A DNA stretch of 62,972 bases, counting the filler. It is 14 parts of 14 records of this genome, joined end to end, with 100 filler letters (N's around TTAATTAATTAA, not from the genome) between each part and the next. Parts side by side here need not be neighbours in the genome. Positions count along the whole stretch, not along the records: positions 33,176 to 40,359 come from SRR15195285_2436; positions 40,460 to 44,923 come from SRR15195285_2439; positions 45,024 to 48,813 come from SRR15195285_2440; 11 more parts are not named here. One strand, written 5' to 3'. Both the position numbers and the translations under genes were made by a program. Positions 33,360 through 45,245 of the stretch are shown one piece after another; the stretch's first letter is position 1, and each line of letters begins with the position of its first letter. Under the pieces are notes generated by a model. That model was not told where the DNA came from. It did not search any database and saw nothing but the letters and a program-made list of their open reading frames with translations.

Positions 33360-36300
33360 ATGCCAGCGCTGTGTGTGCTCTGTTTCCACGCCTTAGCCTG
33401 CGTGGGCCTGGCGTCGGCCGGCACCGCCTCCGGCCCCGTGGAGGACACGCAGGGACGGGGACAGGGACCCCCACCGCCACATGCCCCGTGCCCTCCGGCT
33501 TGCCTGTGGGACACCCACTGGAGGCAGTGTGGGCAGGTCACGAGGTTGCCCAACGGCACGAACGTCGGCACCTGCCCACAGGCGCTCGTATTCTCGGTTG
33601 GCTTCGACTCCGACATGGTTTTGCAGCGCGCCCCGGCAAAGGCTGCCGTCTATGGCCAACTGTTTCAAGCTGGCTCAAGTGATCAAGTGGCTGAAGGCAC
33701 CAGCGTCGTGGTCACTGTCTCCGAGTACGCCACGCCACACTGCCTACATTACTGGCTAGCGATCGTAGCCCATCACGTCATTTACGAGCACGCCTCCCTG
33801 TCTACTGGCTGTCGACAGGACCGGCGGCAGCAGCTACACAATCCAGGCAGAGATCGCGCCCATTCCGACCTACAGCCTGCCCGGGGGCGCGGCAAACTAC
33901 TCTGCCAGCTGGAAAGCCTACCTCAAACCTGCAGCTGCGGGCGGGGATTACACGATCACTGCCGTGTGCACGGGCTGCGGAGTGTCGGTCGAGCGCTCTA
34001 CTGCTACGATCCATCGCGCTACCTTCGGAGATGTCTACTTTTGCTCAGGTTCGAGACAGTCTGCCTGTGGTTTGCCCAGCATTTCTCTGTGAAAGCGCGT
34101 GATGCAAAAGTGGCCACTTTGCATGGGGCCCATAGAGACCAACGATGGACTTGTTGCTGGTGACACAGGTCAGTCGAACATGGCGCTTCCTACCACCCAC
34201 AGCTACTCCGCAGTGGCGCTGCGTGCGCAAATGGCAGCTGGCAAGTTCAAGAAACTGCGATGGTTTCAGTTCGAGTCGATGGGAGGTGGCAGATCGGGCA
34301 CTGCTTACTCCCCCATGTGGACGCGGCAAACGGGTTCGACAGGGTACAACGCGCCAGGGTGAGAATGCTGATTGCATATCACAATTGATTCCTGAGATCG
34401 GCTCTGCATCTGATTGGCGATCGTGCATTTTGTGTCTTAGCAATGACACAACCAGGGTCATGACATGGTTCAATGCATCGTACCTCATCCGTTCACAAAG
34501 CCATGTGCTGGGGTTTAACTCTAGGTTTCGGTTTGATCTGAACCATCCAGATTCCGACGATTTCCGACTGGCTCTACACCCATTTTTTATATTCTGCTAT
34601 ACTAGCGATTGAAGGTCGTATGCGTTGGGCTGGGCAGGTACGGCGCAGCCTACCCAATATCATGCCCGGAAAAGTCTGCTGACCGAAACCCAGCGACATG
34701 CGCCAACCCTTCACCCGAAGGGAAACCATTCTTTGAGTTCAGTGCGGCCTGTATGGAGTTCGGGCGGAATCTAGTGGAAATGCTCGGAGGTAAACTTCTA
34801 ACTGCCAACTCTAGCCCGAACCGGTAGGCTTTTGACAGGAATCAAATCTAGGATTTGATTCACATTTTGGAGCTTTTGCCAGAATGAAGCGACACTGCAT
34901 TGATTTTCTCAGACGACGGCCCGCCAGTGGGACTCATCCAAAGTGCCGTGAGCCAATCCGCTTCTGCAGAATCACATTTACATTTGACACTTGGCGGCAA
35001 GCGATCAGTTGTGGCATATTGACAACTACGTTTTGTGGAACAGATCGGCGGATCGACAATCGAGGCGTGGAGGTGTGTTGCAATGTGTTCTTCCGACACT
35101 AGGCTACCAATATATGATTCGGGATATGCCTCAACCATTCCTGTCAGGACGCATCGGATGCTCGCCCGCCCACGGGTCGCAGCTCCAATGCATCACGCAT
35201 CACATCGCAGATCATGCCACTGCCTCGCAGTGCCTAAAATAATGACTCTACCTTGTCAACTGCAGTGCAAACGAGACAACTGCGCAGTGCCAAAACAAAA
35301 CTGCGAACAGCCCGAGTGCAGGGCCGCCTCGTGGACATCTGTACTACGGCATGGTCAGTTGCTTCCGTTCGTCAACACAAGTACCGCTGGCTGGGTCTGG
35401 TACGCTTGTATTCACGCTGACTGCTTGTGCTGGTGCTCTGGTGCTGGTGCTGTGCTGGTGCTGGTGCTGGTGCTGGTGCTCGTGCTGGTGCTGGTGCTGG
35501 GACAGGTAACTCCGTTCGTCAACACAAGTATCGCTGGCTGGGTCTGGTACGCTTGTATTTACGCTGACTGCTGGTGCTGGTGCTGGTGTAAAGTCCGCTC
35601 TCTAGTCTGAAAAGTGACATATATGTGGCACTTTTATATGCATGCGCAGGTACCAAGGGGAGAATGACGTTGGTGGGATTGCACCCGGAAAAGACATTGG
35701 CACGCACACACCCATGGGGTATGATGCTTACTTTTCTGCATTTTCCCTGTAGCACTCTGCCCATTGAATGCTGAATTTGTGGTCATTTCGGGTGTACTTC
35801 ACCGTCAGTATCGTTGATTCTTCACATCGGTCGTGGTTTTCAATCGATTTCACGACAGATTCATCTGCCGGAACAGGTACAGCTGCATGCAGCCACGTAT
35901 GGTCGCACACTGGCGTGAGATCTGGTCGACCGTCGACGGTACGACCGACCCACTGGCGCCGTTCGGCCTCGTCACCCTCGCTCCATCAGGCTCAGAAGGG
36001 AACGGCAACAAATTGTCAGCGTTCCGCTGGGCGCAGACGGCTAGCTATGGCGTTCTTCCAAACCCTGCGATGCCACGAACTTTCGTGGCGCAGGCTTATG
36101 ATTTAAATGACCCATGGGCTGGATCTGAGCACGACAAATTTGACGAAACCGTGCACACAATCTGCTCATTCAATGCATCATTGCCCTATTCGTGCGCTTG
36201 GAGAGGGATCGATGGTAACAGCGAGCCACCACCATGCTGCAAGTGTGGTCCCGACTTTGCATCGAAACGTTGCGTGTGGAACGTATCGGCGTGGAACCGT

Positions 36301-37399
36301 GACTTGGCACCGTTGGCACCACTTGTTCGCAATTCAACGGCCACGCCACAATTCATGGGATCTCTGCATCCACGGCTGAAAGAGCCGGTTGGCCGAAGGC
36401 TGGCGGCTGGGTTGGTTGCGCTAAATTACAACGGCAGTGGCCCCATGACGGGCCCTACAATCGCGGGCTGCAAGTACGAGTCCGCCCAGCACACAATCAC
36501 GGTTCAGGTAACACTGTTCCACAGCTGATTCAGAGAGTTTCCCATGTGTTTCTCTGCATTTATCACCAGCCTATGTGCTTTCATGGTACAGTTCAACAAG
36601 ACGTTGCTGAAGGGCGACACAGTTGCAATCACACGGTCGCAGACACCGATTCCACCGCTGCCACCACCAGAAGGTCACCACTCCCCGAGCCCAACACGTC
36701 CTGGGCCGGTGGTCGATTCCTCGCTGACTCATGTCTGCACTGGAGATGCCGAGGACTGTGCCTGCCTTTCTTGGGTTTCGACTCCACACGCGCATCCCTG
36801 GATCTGGACGTGCACCATGCCAGCTGCGGACGTGGGGCGTCCTCGCGCCGTGCAACAAAGTCGTGGTAGGTCCACCTGGCTCCTCATCAGCCTCGTGTTC
36901 ATGCTGGCATAATTATTCGTTAATGTTGAGGGGTACTTTGCATCAACAGGTGATATTTGGACTGAGGTTTCGATCAGACTGCTCCCCGACAAAGCATCCA
37001 TCGCTGTTGACACGCAGGGGCTGAATATCAGCACTGGTGGGGTTCATGCGATTAAATTCGGGTGGAGCGAATCAGATGGGACGTGTTGCATTGATCTCCT
37101 TGCCAACACTGTGAGATTGCCAGTGACTTCCCGCAGTTTTTCTCTACTTGTCTGAGCACAATACGAATTTTTTGCAGGGGTTAGCTCCGTGTATTCCAGG
37201 TTCTTGTGGGCTGATGACAGGCGACAGCTTGTTGCCAGCAAATCCGTACTTGATCCGTCAAACTGGCCCGTCATTGTCTTTTTGTTCGTTCAGACGTTTT
37301 CCTCCGTTGAGGTCCGTCCCGTGGCGCAGGTACTTTGCGACGATTGGCGCAAATGGCCAGTGCACGTGCCCACCGCCCCAGCAGTGCGACGGATACTAG
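33360..37399 (+). CDS. Secreted sialate O-acetylesterase (SASA/SGNH) family protein, about 14 introns
   Basis: Spliced motifs DSDMVLQRAP, FGDVYFCSG|QSNMAL, FSAACMEFG, PVGLIQSA|IGGSTIEAW, LYYGM|VTPF..GWVW|YQGEND, FRWAQTA, LHPRLKEPVGRRLA, LPANP|YFA. Confidence 0.85.
35363..35590. repeat. Tandem duplication (about 70 nt x2) separated by (GGTGCT)n
   Basis: tccgttcgtcaacacaagtaYcgctggctgggtctggtacgcttgtattYacgctgactgct at about 35364 and about 35511. Confidence 0.95.
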
Positions 37400-37781
37400 T
37401 GTGGATCAAGTTTTGGCAACACTAGAATGATGTAGATGTCTGCCTGCCTAGTCTCTGGCCTGCTTAGTGCTTGCACGTGGCGCTTCCTCGAACCAAATTT
37501 GCCACTGGGCATAAGGCCCTTATCCACCTAGAGCAAACGCGCGACAGTGTGCGCCCCATCTGGCGACGATTGAGTGCAGGAACCAGCTGCGGGGCAAACG
37601 CAAAGCACGCGACTGGCGTTCGACGATACACACGTACACCAGAGCAAAAAATTATACAGTTCAGTTCACTCGTCACTTTCCCACACATGTCAGCCAGAGT
37701 GGCTCCATTCCAATCGTTGCGAGTGGTGGACTGAACTAGCTCGAGTGCGATGGCCTGCGCGACTATTATAAGCAGCTGCCT

Positions 37782-39083
37782 CTAAAACGCCAGGTCGCTG
37801 TCCTCGAAGAAGTCGTCCTGGTGACCAGCATCAAAATCGAAGGAGTCCACCGACCCCTGCGGCTGAAAAGCCGGTGCCTCGTCCCAGTTGTACTGTGGCG
37901 CAACCCAGCCTCCTGACACCATCTGGTCAGCAGCCACCGAGTCTGCAACATCCATCATCTCGACAGAGGGCTGACCCCCTAGGCTGAGCCCTACACCGTA
38001 GGCAACCCGAGCAGAGTCACCCACCGGGGGTGAGGGCATCGGCAACCCAGGCCCAGGAGCAGCAGCGCCACCAGGACAACCAGCCGACGCAGCTGCTGTC
38101 GCTCTCGCCTCCATCGCCGCCAATGCATCTAGATCTACCTGCATCGGTGGGCTTCCCATCGGCATGTGCTGACTAGCTGCGTACTCCTCCTCGCCAGTAG
38201 TATCAACGAGCCACGGGTGCGAGAGTATCGCGTCAATCGTCGCTCGCCGATATGGATCGACAACCAGAATCTTGCGTATTAGATCCTGCAGTGGCGCGGA
38301 GATACACCCAGAAGCTGCAGGGTCGCCGAAGAAGTTCGGGCTGCTCGTTATGGAGTCCGCGTCGAGGATTTTTTGGCGTATTCTCTGCTCCTTCTCCAGC
38401 GGCTTGGTGGTGGTGTCCGCCGGATCCACGCAGCCGAACGGAAACTGGCAGATGCTCATCGCGTAGAGCATCACGCCCAGGGACCAGATGTCGGCGGGAC
38501 TGGGCTGGTACTCGCCGCGGCCGGCGATGACTTCTGGGGACATGTAGGCGAACGAGCCCACCACGTGCGTCTTGCAGCCGGAGTGCATCAGATAGTTCTT
38601 GCCCATACCGAAGTCCGTGACCTTGACAGTCACGTTGTCCGGCATGAGCAGCACGTTCTCGAGCTTGAGGTCTCGATGGCAAATGCCCTGGGTGTGGCAG
38701 TAACCGACGGCACGGACAATCTGTCTGAAGTAGAAGCGGCACTCCGCCTCGGCCATCGGCCCGGCCTGCAGTTCTTCCGCCAGCTCGCACTCCGCCACCT
38801 CCATTATCAGCAGATGACACGCCGGCTCCATCTGGACACCAAGCAGCCGGATAATGTTCGGATGGTGCAGCCGGCTGAACATGTCGACCTCACGCTGGAA
38901 GCTGTTCAGCGCCGAGGCATCTCGCGCCAGCGGCGCGCGGTCCATCTTCTTGATCGCAACCTCCTGCCCAGTGGTCGGGTGCACCGCCCTGTACACCGTG
39001 CCCGAGATGCCCGCCCCGATCTCGTCCTTCGGCTGGCAGTGCATCTCGGAGCGCACCCATCCGTAGTCATGCGGCCCGTACAT
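37782..39083 (-). CDS. Ser/Thr protein kinase, CAMK group (SNF1/SnRK-like)
   Basis: IGAGISGTV, VAIKK, HPNII, ICHRDLKLENVLL, DFG, GSFAYMSPE, DIWSLGV, HPW; acidic C-terminal tail. Confidence 0.92.
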   Translation of the reverse strand: MYGPHDYGWVRSEMHCQPKDEIGAGISGTVYRAVHPTTGQEVAIKKMDRAPLARDASALNSFQREVDMFSRLHHPNIIRLLGVQMEPACHLLIMEVAECELAEELQAGPMAEAECRFYFRQIVRAVGYCHTQGICHRDLKLENVLLMPDNVTVKVTDFGMGKNYLMHSGCKTHVVGSFAYMSPEVIAGRGEYQPSPADIWSLGVMLYAMSICQFPFGCVDPADTTTKPLEKEQRIRQKILDADSITSSPNFFGDPAASGCISAPLQDLIRKILVVDPYRRATIDAILSHPWLVDTTGEEEYAASQHMPMGSPPMQVDLDALAAMEARATAAASAGCPGGAAAPGPGLPMPSPPVGDSARVAYGVGLSLGGQPSVEMMDVADSVAADQMVSGGWVAPQYNWDEAPAFQPQGSVDSFDFDAGHQDDFFEDSDLAF

Positions 39084-39990
39084 CGCTCCTCCTGCACGCC
39101 CTCCACACGGCGCGCTCCCTCGCCGGCCGACGGCCAGCAGGCACGTACGCGATGCAGCGCAGCGCAGAGCAACCAAGCCAAGCAGGGGAGCAACCTCACC
39201 AACTTAGCGTCGCTGCATCCTCGCAGCACAGCACAGCACAGCACACCCTCCCCGAGCGCAGCCCGGACCAACCGAGTTGTCTTGAGAAGGGCCTATCGAT
39301 CAGCTGCGGACGGAGCTGCAGAGGGCGCGCTCCCGAGCAGAGTGCGATCGGCACGAGACCGCCGGCGCCTCCTCTCGCGATCGGCTGAGGCGGAGCACCC
39401 CGGCCCCAGGGCAGCCCGGCGCTCAGTGTTGCTTGCCGCAGGGAGCACTCGGTCGTCTCGCGAAAGAGAAAGAGAGCAGCAAGGCCTCTTCAGATGAGGT
39501 CGATGAGACCGATCAGCTGAGGGTGAGGCGCTCCTGGACGTGCGATGTCGGTATATAAATGGTGCCAGTGGGTTCTTGCCCTTCGTTGTTCCTCGTGGAT
39601 GGAGAGTCCTCGCCGCGTATCGCCGGCCGCGGGGTGCGGACATGCGCGCGCGCTCGGGCCGGATGCGATTACTGAACGCGGGAATGATGGACAATGACAC
39701 TGACAATTTTGTTTTGTGATACTCATTACTTTACTGGTACATGCAGGGTACTAGTAGACTCAGCTTCGAGTCGTCTATAATACCCTTGGTACATGATTGT
39801 AAAATGAGACACCAGAAAAAGCTGACAAGCACCGAAAACTTGGAAAAGGCGCCAAATTGTCTCCGATCTATTATAGTAGGAGCGCCTCATGCAGTAGCCT
39901 CACCCGCGCGCGCGCGGCGGCGGCACCGCAGGGTCGTCGGCCCGGCGAGGACCGCGCGGACGGCGTTGGCGCCGGCGCCAGCTGGGCGCC

Positions 39991-40359
39991 ATGCTGCTTG
40001 CTGCAGTGCTTCTCTTCCCACTGGGCGGGGCTCCGAGCAGCAGGATGGCATCGGTGGCCCGGCGCCTGACGGAGACCGCGGCGTGCACTGACACCACCGC
40101 GATCAATCTCGCGTGCCCGTCGCCAAGCTTCGGCACGGTGGTTCCGAGCAACTGCGACGATCTCACGTGCGCCGCGCTGTTCACTGTATGGTGGGAGCTG
40201 TGCAGCAGCGACGTGGCTGTTGCGAGTGCGGACGCTGCAAACAACGGTGCGTTCAGCGCGTTCTACAACCGGTGCGAGTTGACGATTGGGCTGTCCCCAG
40301 CCTCTGCAGTGACGGCGATTGAAATCGCAGCGCCAGCAGACGCATGCTACGGCCCTGCC
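39991..40359 (+). CDS. 3'-partial secreted Cys-containing protein
   Basis: Signal peptide MLLAAVLLFPLGG, RRL motif, spaced Cys; frame runs into the linker. Confidence 0.6.
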
Positions 40360-40459
40360 NNNNNNNNNNNNNNNNNNNNNNNNNNNNNNNNNNNNNNNNN
40401 NNNTTAATTAATTAANNNNNNNNNNNNNNNNNNNNNNNNNNNNNNNNNNNNNNNNNNNN
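40360..40459. other. Artificial contig linker
   Basis: 44N-TTAATTAATTAA-44N. Confidence 0.99.
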
Positions 40460-40771
40460 CAGCACCAGGGCCGCCTGCTTGCACTTCAAGGCGTCTTGCG
40501 CGTTGCAGACTGTTCCGGCTGGGTTCATTCAGGGGGGTACGTCTGCAGGTATGGGCGCGTTTTGAGCTGTCGGAGGGCTTTCGGAGGCTTTTGGAAGGAT
40601 AGGCGCGTGCGGCACCTCGTTTCACCCCTGATTGCGTGGGTAGTGGGCTGTTTGGGGGCCTCCTCTCCTGGGTAGACTTCTCCTTGGGTCTAGAGTTCTT
40701 AGCTCGGGAGGAGGTGTGGACTGTGTTTTCAGTGTTTGGCTGTGTCGAGCGGTTTGTGCTGCGGGTGCTGG

Positions 40772-43700
40772 ATGGCGCCGGTCGCCGTGACGCTCGTGGT
40801 GCATGGAGGCGACAACGCGTCCAACACGGACGATCCGCCGTGTCTAGAGCTGGCGGGCGATGGGCGCACGGTGCGCTGTAGCGGAGCCATCCCTGGTGCG
40901 TCTCGCAGCTTCCGCTTCGAGCGTATCGTTGGCGATCCAGGGCGGCCGGACGATGACTGTGGCGCGCTGGTCCGAGATAGCGTAGCGGAGGCGATGCGCG
41001 GTGGCCGCGCCGTGATTGCGGCCATCGGAGCTGTCGGCACAGGCAAAACGCGCACTATGGGGCTGCTGCCACCATTCGGCTGCGACGGCGTGCTGCAGTC
41101 GGTGTTCCGCTGCCTGTTTGCAGCGCTCGATCGGTGTGGCACAAGCGACGCTGCGCGTCCGCGCGTTGGCGTGTCATTCGTGGAGGTAGATGGCCACAAG
41201 TTGGTCGACCTCGTTGGTCCTGCCAACCGAGAGATGCGCACGAACACCGAGGATGCGGAGCCCCTCGACCTGGGGTTTGATACTGTCGCAGACAGCACTG
41301 TGCAGCTTGCGCTGGATGAGGATACTCGCGAGGAGCAGGCGGTGAGCCTGATCGAGCGCGCGTGCCAGAACCGGCGGTATATTGCGCGTGGAGCGTCGCC
41401 GAGCCACAGCCTGACACATACGATAGTGACGATCGCGCTGGAGCCGTCGGCGGAAGCACTGGATTCCAAAGGGAGCTTCGGCTGCATACAATTGTTGGAT
41501 CTGTGCCCAGTCAGTGCAACTGCGCACAGCCGCGACCCGGAGGCGCAGGCAGACCATGCGCTGTGTGGCTTGCGCACGCTGGCCCACAACCTCGCACCAC
41601 TGGCGGGCGATGGAAACGTCTCACATCTACCAGACATGCATGAACGCAACTACCTGTGGACTAGCAGGCTGTTCAGGGCGGCTCTTGCAGCAGGTGGGCG
41701 ATTGCACGTGCTTGCGTGTGTTCGTGCCGACGCTGATGCTGGGCCAGAGACTAGCACGATCCTCGATTATGCTACACGCTGTCGAGGCATGAGCGCATCC
41801 TGTACTACCGGCGGTGTCATTGATTGCCCCGCACATAGCGATGTGGAGCCAGAACCAGAGGCGGCGCCAAGCGCTACCGCCGAGGATCTTGCGCAAATGT
41901 ATGCCGCGATCGCTTCAACAGTTGAGATGAGCGCATCAGCAGCAGCGAAAGAGGCTGATCATCTCATATCTCGTGGAGAACGCACAGGTGCAAATTTGTT
42001 GCGCGCAGCAGTGCAGGCAGCGGCTACACTTGAGGTATCCAGACAACAGGCGTCGGATGAAGCCGCTGAGCTCAGTTCCCAGCTCGCTGAGCTTCGGATT
42101 GAGCTGCTTAATGCAAAGCTGCACATCGCTGATATGGAACTGAGGGGTGCGAAGGACGGCGGTTCGGTGATCGACGACGATAGTGATGCTGTGACTATAG
42201 GTCTTGACAGCGCTGCTGGACGTACCCGGAGCGGCAGTGACGTGGCCATGATAGAAAGGGCACGCAGGTAATTGATTCGTCGTGGTCCTATGACTTCTTG
42301 CCATCTGCGTAGATGTAAAAGTTTCAGTGCTGATGTGACACATGTGTGCCGATTGAACGACTTCGTAATTATTGCATGTACAGGTTTGACGCGCTGAATG
42401 CTTCGCCTGTCGCTGCAACAACTCCCAGGGGGCGTGACGCGGAGGTATGTCTACTTCAAACTAGCCCAGAACACTTCTCTCTTCCAAGTTGCTGCATTTT
42501 GCATTCACTCGTCTTGACCTGCTAAATGCGTTCTTGGAACTTTTGTGTAGGTCAGCAGCTTCTCACTTGCTCTCTTCAAGGAGGGCTGGACGTGGCCTAC
42601 CCCGGAAGAGATGGGTGGTGTTGGAACTGCGCTTATTGGGCGCCAAGTCTGCGTACCTAAATTGCCATTCGGCCACTGTGCTCTGACCCGCCGATTGCCA
42701 TGCTCACAATTGTTGTCTAATCTGGATCTACTGGCAAAAGTGACAGCTAATCCATACAAACAACGCAACACTGACCTATTGTCGAAATGATGGACCAGGT
42801 GCTTGGGATGGGCTGTGGCACTGTGGTGGACTTCAAGCAAAACTTCGGTCGTGGGGCTTCGCATCATGAGATTGAGTTCGAGGTACCTATGTCGACGTTT
42901 TCGCCGATGCCCCAAGTTTTACCAGATCTGATTGCATTGTGATCGCTGTTTCAGGAGGATGCAGCGTGTGTAATCGGAGAAAACTGTTCAGGGGAACGAT
43001 CACTGGAAGTCAAACTCAAACGGAAGACAAATACAGACCCAGAGAAAAAGGAGTGGCTAATATTGCCTCTGAAAAGACCGACCGGGAAGGGGGTGGCTGC
43101 TCTGGATGGCACGGCGGGATCAGAAGACTCTGCAGCTCCAACGCCTTCGCTGACCGAAACGCTTGGTCAGCTGTCCGATGCGGATGCGCCAGCTCCAATC
43201 CAGCCATTTGGTGGTGGCGTGGGAGCGGCAACACAAAATACACCGACGACGAGCCAGGGCGCTGCTTCCTTGTCCTACGGCACAGCTCTTGCTACTGAAG
43301 GCCGACAAAACAGCGCAAGCTCGGATGGTCCACCACTCTCGCCGAGGGTACTCGGTGGTTCTGGCCCAGCACTGCCGCAATCACAGTCACGGCTGGGTCG
43401 ATCGGGCAGTATGAATGGACACCAACGAAGCAGCGTCGGGACAGCGCTCTCAGGTCGGTCCTTGCCGTCTGCTCCTGCTCGGCACTTCCCGGTGTTTTAG
43501 GCTTTGCTTAGTGCAATCCAGCTTACCGATTTTCGATGCTTCTCGTAGAGTGGCGAATGCCTGGGCTTCCGCGGCCGGGATCGATGCTTGGTGGAATGAT
43601 AGGGGTAAAAGTGGCAATACAGAAAACGACTACTGAGCACACAAATTCTTCAATGCTGGACGTTGACGGTGACGATGAGACCAGCAAGTCCTTGGTACGA

Positions 43701-44463
43701 GCTGGCCTGCAGATCTTGGCGAAATGTTGATAATTTGTGGCTTACCTGTTTCTGGCGCACGCAGTGGTTGCCATTGACCCGCACGTTCTCGGGTGCTTCG
43801 AACAATGAGCCTAGTAGTCACACCGTGTACCATCTACGCGTTCAGCACATAGAGGCCGGCTGGGGAGGCTTTCTTCAAAAACGATTTAACGATTTCGTCA
43901 AGCTTGCGGATGGTGAGCATGGCTTGCAGGGTCGACACACCACCGGGAGTGCACCTGCGTGTCTGTCTAACAGCGAGCTTGCGGCTGTGTCTCTACTATC
44001 GCAATTCATTGGTTTGCTCAGGTATCAACGAGGCCCTAACTGTGGCACGGCACTTTCCTTCCAAGCGACTGCTCTTCAACATGGATCCAGACATTGTTGA
44101 GGAGCGACGGGAGGAGCTACAGCTTTGGATGCTGGTGTGCTACGAGCGATCCCACCAGCTCTTTAGTCCAGCCAGCCTATAATTGTCATTTCGACGTGAT
44201 TGAGCCACTAGCTCCCCGAGCCATGCTTTGCAATAGGCAAACTTCTGGCAGGCTGATTGTGCTATGCCCGCCCCTGCCGATTTTGCGATCAGACAACAAT
44301 TGCGATGCACGAGAATGTTGCGCGCCAGTTGAGGGACTTTCTTGAAGAGCCCATTGCATTGGAATGGGGCGGACTCGGGGACGGTCTGCCGATTTTGACC
44401 ATGGATCCAATGCGCTACCTATTGGAGAATGCTGACGAGGATGACAGTACCAGTGGTGGGTGA
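40772..44463 (+). CDS. Divergent kinesin-like motor domain + coiled coil + small beta-barrel-like domain + C-terminal PX domain; multi-exon
   Basis: FRFERIV, GAVGTGKTRTM, VSFVEV..KLVDLV, THTIVTI, IQLLDL, ETSTILDYA; PX: HTVYHLRV..KRFNDFVKL..FPSKRLLFNMDPDIVEERREELQLW..LRDFL. Confidence 0.7.
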
Positions 44464-44923
44464 TGAAGATAGAAGGCGGTTAATTCGTGTCTCAGTCGTC
44501 CTTCACCTACTCCACAGTTCTCCTCGCTCATCCGATCGGATGCACCCACGCCCAGTGCGATGGCGACGCATTCGCAGTGGCAGTGTCAGTGCTCAGGGGC
44601 GCCTGACATCTTGAGCAGCTCGTATGGTAGCTTTTGTCGCCTGCGGAATACACGAAAAACTTTTGAAACAACTCCAATACATGCACATCGGTATCCTCTG
44701 CACGTGCCAGCTAAGCCGTACCCTCTATTTTCAAGTATAGCAGATTAAGAGCGCCAAGACTCTTCTTCGTTTCGTTTCGGGTGTGCGTAGCGCAAGTGGT
44801 GCGTGCCTGACCCTGCCTTTCCAGGACGCTAGCGGGGTGCTCTCAGGGGCTGGTGTTGCTGGCTGAGGCAAATGGGGCTGGGTTCGAGCGCCTGCGCGGC
44901 CAGCCATCTAATGTGACACCGGG

Positions 44924-45023
44924 NNNNNNNNNNNNNNNNNNNNNNNNNNNNNNNNNNNNNNNNNNNNTTAATTAATTAANNNNNNNNNNNNNNNNNNNNN
45001 NNNNNNNNNNNNNNNNNNNNNNN
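44924..45023. other. Artificial contig linker
   Basis: 44N-TTAATTAATTAA-44N. Confidence 0.99.
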
Positions 45024-45245
45024 ACACTGGTTTTCTTCGCACACCAGTATTGAAATTAATGTGATTCTGGGGGTCCAAATCCCGCCTGTGGATTGAACCG
45101 AACCTGAGCCAACCTGTGAACGATGGGGCTGGCCGTGCTCGGCATGGCCGTGGGGGGCGATGTGGGGGCGTTTGTTGTCTCCGAGGCGGGTCGCGCGTCG
45201 AGTGGTGCGGCGTGAGTGGTGTGGCGTGAGGGCCGACGGGAGGGG

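Noticed and set aside
34000-37330. An active introner family (near-identical introns)
   Set aside because: The intron bodies share no visible similarity or terminal inverted repeats within this window.
38373-39497. Long antisense or overlapping ORFs (e.g. 374 aa here, 24919-25791, 40729-41649, 56106-56816)
   Set aside because: These are shadows of GC-rich coding genes on the opposite strand and contain no recognisable motifs.
44860-44910. GGTTCGAG B-box-like sequence suggesting a tRNA or SINE
   Set aside because: I could not form a T-stem or cloverleaf, and there is no convincing A-box.
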